A DNA stretch of 63,999 nt, the filler included, from Fonticula-like sp. SCN 57-25 (taxonomy: Eukaryota), in assembly GCA_001724245.1 (NCBI GenBank). It is 4 parts of 4 records of this genome, joined end to end, with 100 filler letters (N's around TTAATTAATTAA, not from the genome) between each part and the next. Parts side by side here need not be neighbours in the genome. Positions count along the whole stretch, not along the records: positions 51,697 to 63,999 come from MEDX01000188.1; 3 more parts are not named here. One strand, 5' to 3'. Below, in pieces: positions 53,509-63,999 of the stretch. A model generated the notes under the pieces. The model searched no databases. It had not been told where the DNA came from and worked only from the letters and a program-made list of their open reading frames with translations. A program made the position numbers and the translations under genes. Position 1 is the stretch's first letter. The number at the start of each line of letters is the position of its first letter.

Positions 53509-53802
53509 GCATTTTTCCCGTGCCTCCCATCAAATTAACGATAGGACTACCAAAACACACTAACCTGGCGTGGGGGTGGACATGCTCTTTCGCTGTACTC
53601 GTTCATTTCCGTTTCGTGATACGTTTTTCCCCCTCTTCTCCTACTGCTTGTATAAAAACACACGTACAATATGAAAAAAGGAATCCAGCCGCATGACGGT
53701 CCATGTTTTTGAAAGCGAGTTTCATTGGTTCAAAGTTGTTATTATAATAGTTGGTCAAAGAGATGTACATTGCGGGCGCCTGCGTCTGCACGGCCACTGA
53801 CC

Positions 53803-55031
53803 TTACGACTTTTTGATGGTGTAGTCGCCCGGCTGCACCGGGTGAAGCATGATCTTGGCCTGCTGCTGCTGCTGAAAGTTTTGCGCGCCCTTGTGCCAGT
53901 CGTTGCCGAGGGCGTACGCGAGGATGGTCCTGTCCCTGCTAAAGGCGGCGGCCGTCGTGGGCATGCCGAGGTTGTCAAAGCGCAGGCCGCGGTGGCGCTC
54001 CATCACGTCCCACGTGTTGAGGCCGCCGTCGCCGCCGCACGTCGCAAACACCTTTTCATCATAAACGGCAAAGGCATTGACGGGGAAGATAGTCACGGGG
54101 GTCTTTGTCGCATCGCGGTGGCACTTGAAAGCAAAGTCGCTGGAAAGCCGGCGGTGAGCGAGCGAGCGAGAGGAAGCGCGGTGAGCGTACCCATTCTTTG
54201 GGTGAGCCGCGCGGCCGAGATCTAGCCTGTGCACCGACGCGCGTCCCTCGACCGAGCCCAGGACAAATGACTCACCGTCAGCAAAAACGGCCACGCACCG
54301 CAGCATCGATTTGAGCTGGTTCTCGTCCGCCTGGCGGAACACATTCTGCGGCTGCTGCAGGTTGTAGATGGTGTACTTGCTGTCGGCCGTGATCGCGACG
54401 AGCGTCGATTTGGCAAGATCAAAGCCAAGGACGCGCTCGGTAAGAGTTTGCGTCATTGCGGGGTTCGGCGAGCGTGGATCCCAGTACTTGAGGCAAACCG
54501 TTAGCAGCGCCAAGCGGATGGGCAGCGATTTCGTACGCGAAGCGTGCGATCCCAGCTACTCGTAACGACCATCTGGTAAGAGGCCGTCGACGCAAACTTG
54601 ACCGCAGAAACGGGCCCGTCGTGGTTGCCCAGCGTTGTCGTCTGGTTCGTATTCAAATCTGTCATGCGCACCGCCTTGTCGCACCCAGAGTGAAAGAGCT
54701 TGGAGCCATCCTAAAGCGCGCCCGTTAGCATCAAAAGGCAACACAGTTAGCGCGCGCGCACGGGGCTCCAGCAAACTCCAAGGGCCGGCGCAGTCTGCCC
54801 AATAGACGTTTTCGGTACGGCGTTACCGCCCTGCACCTCCCACACGCGCACCTGCCCGTCCCAGGCAGCCGCAGCGAGAAAGTTGGCTACCGGTGACCAC
54901 GACAAGCAGTGTACAGTGTCGGGAAGCTCGGGCTTTACCATAATATCAGAACTCGGCGTTGTCGACTTTTGGCTTGCGCCAAAGGTGGACACCCCGCCGT
55001 AGCCTGTCGACCCGCCGAACCCAAACGACAT
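53803..55031 (-). CDS. RAE1: mRNA export factor RAE1/Gle2 (WD40)
   Basis: FG-rich N-terminus, DTVHCLSWSP, LGSVEGR, FAFKCHRD, YALGNDWHKG. Confidence 0.88.
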
Positions 55032-55153
55032 GATTGCCGGCGCGCGCGGAAGCTACCGACTCTCGAATCCGTAGTGGAGTCCAGGGTTGATTTTTCAATC
55101 GATGATGGATACGGCATTTTGGCGCCACTCTCGCAGGTGTCTGTCAATGTGTC

Positions 55154-55915
55154 ATGGGGGAGGCGGTGGTCTACACGCTAGAGCTCGAGGGAAAAAGGTT
55201 TTATGTTGGCAAGACGTGTGATTTGGAACGTCGACTCGACGATCATTATCGAGGCGGATCAAGGGCGTCGGCTTGGACGAGAAAATATCCCGTCGTAAGA
55301 TTAGCGGCGACCATTCCATGCCGGAATGATTTTGACGAGCTGCGGGTAACCCTCGACATGATGCGCAAACATGGAATATATAATGTAAGAGGCGCGTCCT
55401 ACCTCGACGTTGTTCTCTCACCGGAGCAGGTGGCCGACATCAGGCGCCATCTCGCTACCGCGAACAACAGCTGCTTTCGATGCGGCGCGAGAGACCATTT
55501 TGCCGCCCAATGTGAAAGTAATCGACAACAGCAAGGGTCATTTTCGAGCAATAACTGGGGACCGCGGAGTTTGGGATGCCAACGGTGCGGTCGTACTTCG
55601 CATTCCATCCATGAATGTTATGCGAGCTTCGACGCCAGCGGCCGCCCAATTCGCAGCAGCGCGTGTGCCAATTGCGGCAGCTCGTCGCACAGCACGGTTG
55701 ATTGTGGCGAAACAGCGAATGTCAATTACTTTTTAATTTTTGCTGTTTTTGCTGTTTTTCTCTTTCTTTTCGCAATTAGAGCCATCTTTAGTACCGGTTC
55801 TGAAGACCATGACTACTACGATGACTACTACGATGACGACGACGATGACTACTACGATGACGACGACGATGACTACTACGATGACGACGATTACGATACA
55901 TGGGAATATTATTAA
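55154..55915 (+). CDS. GIY-YIG nuclease with three CCHC zinc knuckles, TM helix and Asp/Tyr tail
   Basis: VYTLELEGKRFYVGKT..RRLDDH..SAWTRKY..DELRVT..NVRGASY. Three CX2CX4HX4C motifs. TM YFLIFAVFAVFLFLFAI. Intronless. Confidence 0.85.
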   Translation: MGEAVVYTLELEGKRFYVGKTCDLERRLDDHYRGGSRASAWTRKYPVVRLAATIPCRNDFDELRVTLDMMRKHGIYNVRGASYLDVVLSPEQVADIRRHLATANNSCFRCGARDHFAAQCESNRQQQGSFSSNNWGPRSLGCQRCGRTSHSIHECYASFDASGRPIRSSACANCGSSSHSTVDCGETANVNYFLIFAVFAVFLFLFAIRAIFSTGSEDHDYYDDYYDDDDDDYYDDDDDDYYDDDDYDTWEYY

Positions 55916-57397
55916 GCGAGGGTGTCAAAGTTTCAATAGCAGGTTAAAACGTTATCTTCTTATTATTATGTATAGACGTATGTGGCAAGGAGGCCACGGA
56001 ACCCGTTTGTAATTTTCGAGTGTATCGGCTTATCAATAGTTACTATTAAGCGAGGTCATTAACCGTACAATGAGGAAGAGCTGAAGTAATAAAAAAAGAA
56101 ACAAATAGTTGATTAAAGTTATTGGTATCATGAGGACAATGGCCTTTAGTGAGCTAAGATCATACAGAAGACAAGCAGATCGTGTGGACGAAAAGATGTG
56201 CCGAGCAGTACGAGGCTGGAACAACGAAAGATACGAAGGGTAATCTCGCAGCCGAAAGAGGGCGAGCCGAAGGCCATAAGATATTGCGAAACAAGTCCAC
56301 GAAAAATCCTCAGCTTGCGCGAGGAGCGAAAGGGAGCCGCGTGCTGCAGCCGTGGCGTGTATAGTAACAAAAGATGGTGTCACGGTGATATGAAGAGTCT
56401 CGGTTGCGCAAGTATCAGTCGGTAAGCTTGGCCCAACTTCAAAGGTACCAACCGCTGTATGGCGACCAGGCAAAAATAAAAAGGTGCTCCGCGTGTCAGA
56501 TCCTTCACGGCACCCACCGACGTTGCTGATCGCCGGACGATTCCCAAGATCAAATCGACGGCGCAAAAGATCTGGCACGTGCGACATGTACCGAACCACA
56601 TAGGTTTGCGGCGGCACCAGCGAGCGACAACTGGCGCTCAGAAGAGCACATTGAGCGCGGTCATGAGTGCGCGATCGCGGCGATGGCGCGATGCCCCAGC
56701 AGCTCGACCAATCGCGCGTTCCTGCGATGCCTGCCGCCAATGGTGTGCCGGGCGCGAACAGTAGTGCATCGATGCGGAGTATATAAGAGCTGAATGCGGA
56801 GAGACAAGTACATTCAACACCTAAAGTTGGGTTTCGTCGGCATCCCCGGCGCCTCAGAGCAAGTCTGGTTCAACCTGGTTCAAGCCGCACAAGCGAGATT
56901 TGTCGGCCGCGCTGATTTCGACATGTACGATGCGAGGAACGTCAATGGCTTCATTGCGCTGAGCGGAAAGAAAAATACGACAACACAAGTGCTGGGATTC
57001 TCCACGTCAAGGTACACGCATGTTCCGACCCAAAGTGCACGGGCCAGAGTGGTAGACGGGGGGAGCACACGGAGGCCGGCGAGCGGCCGTTGCTGCCGTA
57101 AATAGGCATAGGGGCTCACACGATTGGCTTAAACCAACCAATCAGAGATGGACGGTTAGAAAGGGGCAGCACGATGGCCAGAGCGCCGCGCGCGGAGCTA
57201 GTGCTGCTGGCATTGCTGGCAGCGATCGTCGTCTGCGGTACGTGCTAATGCTGGCATCTGATTATAACACATAAATACAGGTGCTTTAGAGGGGGACATG
57301 TTGTACAACGAGGCGTACGAGTTTGCAGGGGCCTACACAAACAGTTATCTCCCTGGCGACAATTTTCATCCTCCTAGTACGATGGCGATCACAGTAT

Positions 57398-57470
57398 CAC
57401 ACAAGGGATAAGGGTGCATATGAAATGGCAAAATCCGATCATATGTGGAGACGGACCGAAACCGACCTTT
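57398..57470 (+). repeat. Left terminal inverted repeat
   Basis: Reverse complement matches 63729-63792 with indels. Confidence 0.88.
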
Positions 57471-57906
57471 GCGCGCGCTTTGGCGCCATCAGTCATCGAG
57501 CGCTTTGAGCTCCTGTGGTTCCTCCATTTTAGTCTCTACTCTGGTTTCCTTTGCGTCAATTTGTTGCTACGTGTATGAGCTTTCGTTTAATATGACTTTT
57601 GTTCACGATTGTGTGCGCTTCAGCTCGGCACGCCAGTTTTACTTCCCTCTACCTCGGTTGAGCAATCCAGGGTGGTCCAACTTTGAGACCAGGGCTGCGC
57701 ACAGGCTCGAGGCCAGCCTAGTCATCAACGACGGAAACCTGAGGAGGGGTCATGGGGAAACGTTTTAAGCTCGCTAGGAAGGCAATAGCGAGTGGTACGG
57801 TGAAGATGTCATATCTACGAGTGCCTCTGACACCGAATTTGCAGACATCGAGGCGCGCGTTGATGACGATGGCGATGACGAAGATGGAGTTGAGGACGAA
57901 GCTGAT

Positions 57907-58308
57907 GTGGTAAGAGACGCCGCACAGGTTTTACAGGACCTGGTTATGAGCGGCCAGAGCGCGCTTGATTCAGAGGGAAGCGAATCTGTGAGTTTCCGTG
58001 TGCTGCAGTCTCTATTGGATTTGGTTGACGAATTCGAACCGGACGAAGAGGAGGAGTGCGCTCGCGTTTCCTTTTATATCAATGCGCTTATATACATTAT
58101 TAGTAAGGAGTCGGAGGAGGAAGATGCTGACTTTGAGCGCAGTGACGACGAGAGCGGCGACGAGAGCGGCGACGAGAGCGGTTTTCCTGAGGCGGGCCTA
58201 GCTGAGACGCCAGATGCCGCCACTGGTGACTGCGGTACGGAGAGTGAGGCGCCCGACGCTACCAGTGGTGACTGCGGTACGGAGAGCAACGACGCCACTG
58301 CGCCCTAA
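57907..58308 (+). CDS. Acidic, repeat-containing ORF/exon inside the transposon
   Basis: D/E-rich open frame with DESG x3 and TGDCGTES-like x2. True start unknown. Confidence 0.35.
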   Translation: MVRDAAQVLQDLVMSGQSALDSEGSESVSFRVLQSLLDLVDEFEPDEEEECARVSFYINALIYIISKESEEEDADFERSDDESGDESGDESGFPEAGLAETPDAATGDCGTESEAPDATSGDCGTESNDATAP

Positions 58309-58702
58309 CTATTGACGTTCTCCCTCCCAGCCTCACCTTCGACTTCTAATATGTGCTGCCTGCTGAGTGTCTCGAGATCCGGTGCCGTGCAGCGGTGTAC
58401 CGCTGGGCTTGCTGACTCTCGCTCGGTGGAGACCCTGAAAGGGCGCTGGTGTATTGCACCGGGTTCAGAGCACACGATGATCTGCTTGTCGCATCTCAAC
58501 CGAGGCCTCTCGTTCGATAGGAGTCCTCCAGAACCCGCTGCATCGAGCAACCACAATACGACCTCGGTATGTTCAATAACCTCATTGTTTACAACGGCGC
58601 TATTGCTCTCCATCCAATTGTTCAATTATTATTCTAATTGCTGCCATTCCAACAAATGTACAATAAATATCGCTAATAAACTTTATGCAACCATAGACAA
58701 TT

Positions 58703-59560
58703 TTGGAAAACATGGGTTCCGGTATGGCTTCATCGCGCTGCGTCTGCTGCTGGCGAACCTATCAGGTGTGGGACGGACCTTGGCATCGCACTCAGTTGCT
58801 TTCGCTCGACCAGGATGACGCACTCGTCCTGCCTGCAGACGCCGTCTTCTTAAAGTGTCGCTTCCAGAGGCCCGCCACGAATGCCGCGCAACGCAGCCGT
58901 AGCGTCTGCTTGAGCTGCCTTAACGCGGCCGGCTTTCTAATGTGGGAATCTGGCAAGGGACGTAATGAACATTTTAGCCACAGGTGCAACGACGCCTGCG
59001 ACAGCGCCATCCAGGCGCTAAAAAGCATGATGGAGGCGAAGAGGAAGGAGATTGACGAGCGGGAGGCGAGAAGAAAACAAAATAGAGAGACGAGAGAGAA
59101 GGCAGACGCGGACTATTTGCAGGACGCGGCGCGATGGGGCAGGGAGCTTGCCGAGCGTGAGCGGAATTGCAATGACGGCAGAGTTTTGGTGGCCTTTCTT
59201 TCCGGCTACTTTGACACGGCTGAAAAGCTGGTTCGAAACCGGAAGAGCGACTACAAGCCGGGTTACAAAGCAAAGCTCGCGCTGCGGAAGACGTTCATCG
59301 TGCAATTGCTGGCGCGCACCGTGCGCCCGCAAACGCCCAACGCGGACCTGGTCGACGGCCTTACGGCAATGGCTAGCATGCCGGGATTGTGGAGCCGGCT
59401 CGTTGATGTGCTAGGCGCTTTGGGGTTGACTGCGTTCGGCCGCGACCACTCGCGCCGCATGCGAGAGGCCGTCACGGAGCGCATAATGAAGAGGTACGAT
59501 GCGGCGGATAAATATGGATACGTGGGGGTGAGAGGGAGAGCACAAGGGAGGGAGACGTGA
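58703..59560 (+). CDS. Cys-cluster and helical ORF inside the transposon; probable N-terminal exon of the transposase
   Basis: CVCC..C..CLSC..HRC..C followed by a coiled coil and LVDVLGALGL. Same strand, upstream of the ATG-less transposase frame. Confidence 0.5.
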   Translation: MENMGSGMASSRCVCCWRTYQVWDGPWHRTQLLSLDQDDALVLPADAVFLKCRFQRPATNAAQRSRSVCLSCLNAAGFLMWESGKGRNEHFSHRCNDACDSAIQALKSMMEAKRKEIDEREARRKQNRETREKADADYLQDAARWGRELAERERNCNDGRVLVAFLSGYFDTAEKLVRNRKSDYKPGYKAKLALRKTFIVQLLARTVRPQTPNADLVDGLTAMASMPGLWSRLVDVLGALGLTAFGRDHSRRMREAVTERIMKRYDAADKYGYVGVRGRAQGRET

Positions 59561-59981
59561 GTTTGAGGAAAGAGGCAGAAAAAACCCTATGGCGATCGTA
59601 CTTGCCTTGCACGCTTGATCTCAGATGGCCTTTACATGGAAGGAGGAGGGCGATTGCGTCCAAGGGGCAATTCTGGGGCTCGAACCCAGTCATGCAGAGC
59701 ATGCAGCCATTCTTAATTCGCATATCCCTCAATACCGCAAACTAACCCAACCTGCGCTTCCATGCAGCTACGAGATTGATCGAGTCCCTGCCGCCGGTGC
59801 CGCTCAACCTGAGCCAGACGTAAATCCCGCAACCACGCCAAACGCCACAAAAAGGTGCGCACTATTTTCAGGTCGCGCTCGGCAACGACTCACATCAGTT
59901 CAGCCCCGCTTCACGTGGCTTGTCGACGGCGTCCTTCGAAAGAAACAGTGGCGAACGCTCAGCAACGTACGACCAAAATAA

Positions 59982-62900
59982 CAAACACTTCGACTAGTTA
60001 ACCAATGCCCCTCCTCTCAATACCACAGAACCCCTGTTGCGGTCGTATATGCGCACGACAACATCGACATTCAACAGTCCACGTTTGGATCGAGCGGCAT
60101 CTACGACAGCTCCAGAAAGACCACTCACGGCGTCTTGCGCGTCAAAGCCGTCAACTACAATACTGTTCCCGAACCTGCCGACCCAATACACGATTTAGTC
60201 GGCTACAGTAACGTGGTGATCCGCAATTTATGCGCGTCCCACGCCGATCCCCCTGCCGGTATGTCACGTGGTGAAGCATCGCGCACGGCGATACAAATCG
60301 CCCGAGAGAAGATTCGGCGGTCGGTACCGGCCGTCACAATCCATATTTTGCCGAGCGGACCTGGCACAGCGACGGACAATATCGGTATTCTCGAGTCGAT
60401 TCGGATGACCATTCAAGATGCCGATTCTACAAGTCCGCCTGCCAGCGTAATCCCTATCGTCGGCGACCAACCGGTTTTCACGAAGCAGCTCAACATCATC
60501 AAGCATAGGCCGTCGTGGCAGAGAGTACTGTCCATACCCGGGTTCTGGCACCTGCGGAATGCCGCCTTCCGCGCCGCACTGCACGCGTGGAGTGGCTTCG
60601 GCCTTTACTCAATTTCGCAGCTCCTGGGCGTCGTGTTCTTTGACAAAATGCATTCGGGCGTGAATGCTGCTGCGACGACCAGGACGCTGGAACTGCTGCT
60701 GCGAGTGACCGGAAGCGCCCTTGCGCGGATTCATCCCGAGGCCGACACGGTTGCCAAGCTCCTTGACGCGACCAAGCCGCACAAGGTCCAGCACATTATC
60801 GCGCATCTTTTTGCCATCACGATGGACGCCGTAGCACTTCACCACGGCATCCGCGAAAACCGCCCAGATGTACAGCTGGCGGCCGTGGCAGAGCTCGCGC
60901 CCCTTTTTGCCGCCCTCGGTCGGCACCCGTACGCCCTTGTCTGCACCCACCTACTCGAGAATCGCGACGAAGTTGAAGCCTGGATGATGAAGGTTGGCGG
61001 AGTCGGGTTCCGGGACGGTCACGCGATGGCGGTTGACGAGTCGCTCGAGCTGTGCGGCGTGCGGCCGTCGAAGCAGCATATGTGGTCGACGCGCATGGAC
61101 CAAGATGCGCTGCGCACTCACATTACTACGCTCGACATCCTCACCCAAAAGTCGCGCGGGCTTGTCGACGCGTGCTTCCCGAGGAGCACCAAGAGCTCCA
61201 GTGCGCCAGAGACGTCATGCTATGACGAGGTCGTCACGCACGCCGCGGATGTGCTCGAGAGCACGCTGAGACTGTCGCCCGAAGAGGCAGCCAACTCGCC
61301 ACTTTTCCGTTCCGCCGCCTGTGTCCACAGTGATGTGCACTGCAAGGCGTTGTTTGGACTAAAGGCCGACGGCAAGGAGCGCCTGGACGCGTCCTACTAC
61401 CCAGAGGTTCGCGGCCTGCCTTTCAAGCGGAAAGGGCGAGGCGCACGTGCAGTACCCAACGTGGTCTACGAGGTGAAGGCGAGCAAGCGCAAGACCAAGG
61501 CAAAGGAGGCGGCGGCAGCTCAGGCGACGTTGTTAGGCGCCAAGGACGCAGCCAACGAGGGCGACATTGATCTCGTGAAGAAGCGATTGGATGATGCGCT
61601 CGACCAGCTGCTCTCCTACCCCCCGCTGCTTGCGAGCCCGACAGGCGAGCCGATTCGAGCCAAAAAGTCGGAGACGCTCGCCGTATACCGCAGCCTCGCG
61701 CCTACTTCGAGCACAGCGAGTGGAGGGGTCCTGGCCATTGACCTCACCCAGCTGATGATGAAAATATTTGTAGAAGGGGGGGGGGAAAGAGAGGTGGGCG
61801 AGATTGCAGAGGTGGCATGGCAGAGGGCGCAAAGCCTGCGTAACGTGCACACCCTCATTCTTGTCGCCGATCGCCCCGAACAAGTTCCCGCCGCCAAGAT
61901 CTTTGAGCAACTTTCTCGCCAACCCGCTCTGTCGCCGATGAGCGGCATCTATCAGCAAAGGAGCACGCTGCTCAGCGAGCTGGAGGAGTGCACGGACGGC
62001 GGGGTTAAGGTGACGATGGAGCACGCGAAGGGGTCGCGCGAGGTTCGCGATGCGGTGACGGGTAAGGTGCTTGATCTGTGGTCCAAAAACAAGAACCTTT
62101 TCCCAAATGGCACTCGGTCGAAGCGCGTGCTTCTCGACGGCCCTGGCATGCCGGCCCCGATCCTACTGACGAAGGGTAAGCGAGGGATAACAGAGGTGGA
62201 GACGATGAAGCGTACGCTTCATTTTGGCGAAGCCGATGTCGCTCTTTTTGCGTATGCCCTGCAGTTGCAGGGCCTCTCTAAATACGAGCGAATAACCTTT
62301 GATATTAACGACACGGACGCCCTCGACGTTGGTCTGGCTGCCTCCGTCCGCCGCCTCAACTCTCACGACGGCAGCCTCGTACAGTCGTGGTACGTGCGCA
62401 AGCCGAGCGGCAATGGAACAGAGGTGTTCGACGTAAATGCCATTTTCGGCGCCCTCGTTCGCGCAAGCCCTGCCTCGTGGACGCCGGCTACCAGCGTCCT
62501 CTCCTTTGTCTGCGCCCGGGTGGCGTCGGGCAATGACTACAAGGAGCAGGCTGCAGGAAACCCGTGCGCGCTGCTGGAGCAGTATTTGGCCAACGTGCAG
62601 CAGGCCGAGCCCCTGGCCGAGGCGTCCTGGAACGCCACCAGCGGCACGGCGTCCATTGACATTAGCCATGCCGCCATCCGCGCGTGCCTCGTGGCGGCTA
62701 GCCAGCGCTCGCTCGTGCCGGCGACCGAGACGGCGTACGACCTGTCGGCCAAACGGGCAGTGGTAGCAGCCGACTACGCGACGTGTCTTGCACGTGGTGC
62801 GACGGGGTTCGAGAACGAGAGGTGGGTGAGTGGTGGAGGGTTTGTGAGGCTGCACGAGGAGACGGAGGTGAGCGCTCATAATATCGCAATCGCATGGGAC

Positions 62901-63023
62901 GCAACCCCACGCAGGACACTGACATGGCCCGCTCCGCCGGCACCACCCAAAACCCCCAAAAGGAATAAGCGGGCTGCACACACAAGCGGGAGCCCGCAAG
63001 CTAAGAAGTCGAAAGCGACGTAA
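59982..63023 (+). CDS. Academ-type DDE transposase fused to XPG/FEN(PIN)-like nuclease (main exon)
   Basis: HDNID..TTHG (60057, in frame upstream of the called ORF), VGDQP, PGFWH, DESLE. Then IDL, VADR, GEAD, DTD, GNDY, the FEN/XPG acidic pattern. Confidence 0.8.
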   Translation, partial: QTLRLVNQCPSSQYHRTPVAVVYAHDNIDIQQSTFGSSGIYDSSRKTTHGVLRVKAVNYNTVPEPADPIHDLVGYSNVVIRNLCASHADPPAGMSRGEASRTAIQIAREKIRRSVPAVTIHILPSGPGTATDNIGILESIRMTIQDADSTSPPASVIPIVGDQPVFTKQLNIIKHRPSWQRVLSIPGFWHLRNAAFRAALHAWSGFGLYSISQLLGVVFFDKMHSGVNAAATTRTLELLLRVTGSALARIHPEADTVAKLLDATKPHKVQHIIAHLFAITMDAVALHHGIRENRPDVQLAAVAELAPLFAALGRHPYALVCTHLLENRDEVEAWMMKVGGVGFRDGHAMAVDESLELCGVRPSKQHMWSTRMDQDALRTHITTLDILTQKSRGLVDACFPRSTKSSSAPETSCYDEVVTHAADVLESTLRLSPEEAANSPLFRSAACVHSDVHCKALFGLKADGKERLDASYYPEVRGLPFKRKGRGARAVPNVVYEVKASKRKTKAKEAAAAQATLLGAKDAANEGDIDLVKKRLDDALDQLLSYPPLLASPTGEPIRAKKSETLAVYRSLAPTSSTASGGVLAIDLTQLMMKIFVEGGGEREVGEIAEVAWQRAQSLRNVHTLILVADRPEQVPAAKIFEQLSRQPALSPMSGIYQQRSTLLSELEECTDGGVKVTMEHAKGSREVRDAVTGKVLDLWSKNKNLFPNGTRSKRVLLDGPGMPAPILLTKGKRGITEVETMKRTLHFGEADVALFAYALQLQGLSKYERITFDINDTDALDVGLAASVRRLNSHDGSLVQSWYVRKPSGNGTEVFDVNAIFGALVRASPASWTPATSVLSFVCARVASGNDYKEQAAGNPCALLEQYLANVQQAEPLAEASWNATSGTASIDISHAAIRACLVAASQRSLVPATETAYDLSAKRAVVAADYATCLARGATGFENERWVSGGGFVRLHEETEVSAHNIAIAWDATPRRTLTWPAPPAPPKTPKRNKRAAHTSGSPQAKKSKAT

Positions 63024-63728
63024 ATTACATCAAAGTATTCAATATAGTAGGCATAGATAACAAAAAAAACTAGTCTAGTAATACTTACCCATCCCTCTAT
63101 TTAATAACCCTTCACCACAGACCGTCACCCCAGAAAAAACGCACTTGAGTAGCCAGGATAATGGGCCGACTAGCTGCCGGAGAGGAAATCCGTAAGAACG
63201 GCTTTTGGAGCTGCAAAACCGAGAGATAACAAGTTAAGCCAATAACAAAACTAATATAAAAAAATGCGACAGAGCAGGCGCACCTATACTCGACGCTCGG
63301 CTCGGGCAGGGAACGGCGAGCTCGACCTGCGCATCCGCCATCACCAATCGAATAGGATTTTTTTTTCGAAGTCGCAGAACCATAGCTAAAAGAAGTCATC
63401 AAGCTAAAGAAGCTTAGTAGGAAACATAGAAAAATGGACGGACAATTCGAAAATATACCTCATTTGAAAACAGGACTCACTGGGCTCACGCCATCCTTGG
63501 GGGATGCTGGCCGCACCCCAAAAGACGTCATCCCTCGCGCACGCACGGTCATGGGAGCAGATGAAAACGCACGATGCTCAAAAGACCATGAGGTGGTAGC
63601 TCTATGACTAATTAACAAAAAACATTAGCAACATAACGCAAGACAAGGCCAGATGCATGCGCACGCTAACTTCAAAGTGGACGCGATCGTGATCGGGCAC
63701 GCCAAGATGACGGCGGAATCGAATCAAA

Positions 63729-63792
63729 AAAGTCGGTTTCGAGTCGGTCTCGATTTTGCCATTTCATAATATGCACCCTTATCCCTTGTGTG
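63729..63792 (-). repeat. Right terminal inverted repeat
   Basis: ...GATTTTGCCATTTCATAATATGCACCCTTATCCCTTGTGTG. Confidence 0.88.
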
Positions 63793-63999
63793 GTATATTG
63801 AGGTGTTAAGCAAAGTGAAAAATTAATACACTTTCAAACAATCCAGAAGTGCAAACTGCAAACTAGATCTTCAGCAAACTGTCCACGAGTTGTCAAAAAA
63901 TCACTTTCGTGACAGGGGGTGTCAGCAGTAAGATCGCGCGCCAAATGGAGCACCAGCGCGTGCTCCGTGGCAGAAAGCAACCCGATCCAGCAGTCCAAG

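Larger units (their letters stand above)
57398..63792 (+). mobile_element. Academ(X)-like DNA transposon, 6395 bp, TIRs and 4-bp TSD GTAT
   Basis: Terminal 24 nt CACACAAGGGATAAGGGTGCATAT are perfectly inverted at both ends, with imperfect extension to ~70 nt. GTAT at 57394-57397 and 63793-63796. Internal transposase-XPG ORF. Confidence 0.85.

Noticed and set aside
56033-57119. Several 60-235 aa ORFs between the GIY-YIG gene and the transposon
   Set aside because: No recognisable motifs or consistent exon structure; not supportable as a gene.

Overview
This is gene-dense eukaryotic genomic DNA with GC-rich exons and mostly 40-70 nt GT-AG introns. The gene content suggests a unicellular opisthokont-like protist (inference). 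The window holds four contigs joined by identical N44-TTAATTAATTAA-N44 linkers (22083-22182, 36853-36952, 51597-51696), so adjacency across them is unproven. Housekeeping and signalling genes include RNF181-like, a DH-PH-C1 RhoGEF, PSME3IP1, an HSL-family hydrolase, eIF6, S6 kinase, CWC21, PKA-C, eIF2B-beta, TRAF7, SLC35E, FANCM, histones H1 and H3, Bfr1-like and RAE1. Six things stand out. (1) A 5'-truncated, intronless >4260-aa RNF213/mysterin-like multi-AAA+ protein carries an RBR RING2(Rcat)-like Cys motif where RNF213 has its RZ finger. (2) An apparently full-length 6395-bp Academ(X)-like DNA transposon (57398-63792) has TIRs, a 4-bp GTAT TSD and a transposase-XPG/FEN fusion. (3) A RhoGAP-like/Rubicon-homology fusion gene sits head-to-head with the RhoGEF. 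(4) A GIY-YIG nuclease has three zinc knuckles and a TM anchor. (5) Two dispersed, aberrant 5S rRNA copies are present. (6) A histone 3' stem-loop follows H1. All family calls come from reading motifs by eye; no searches were run.
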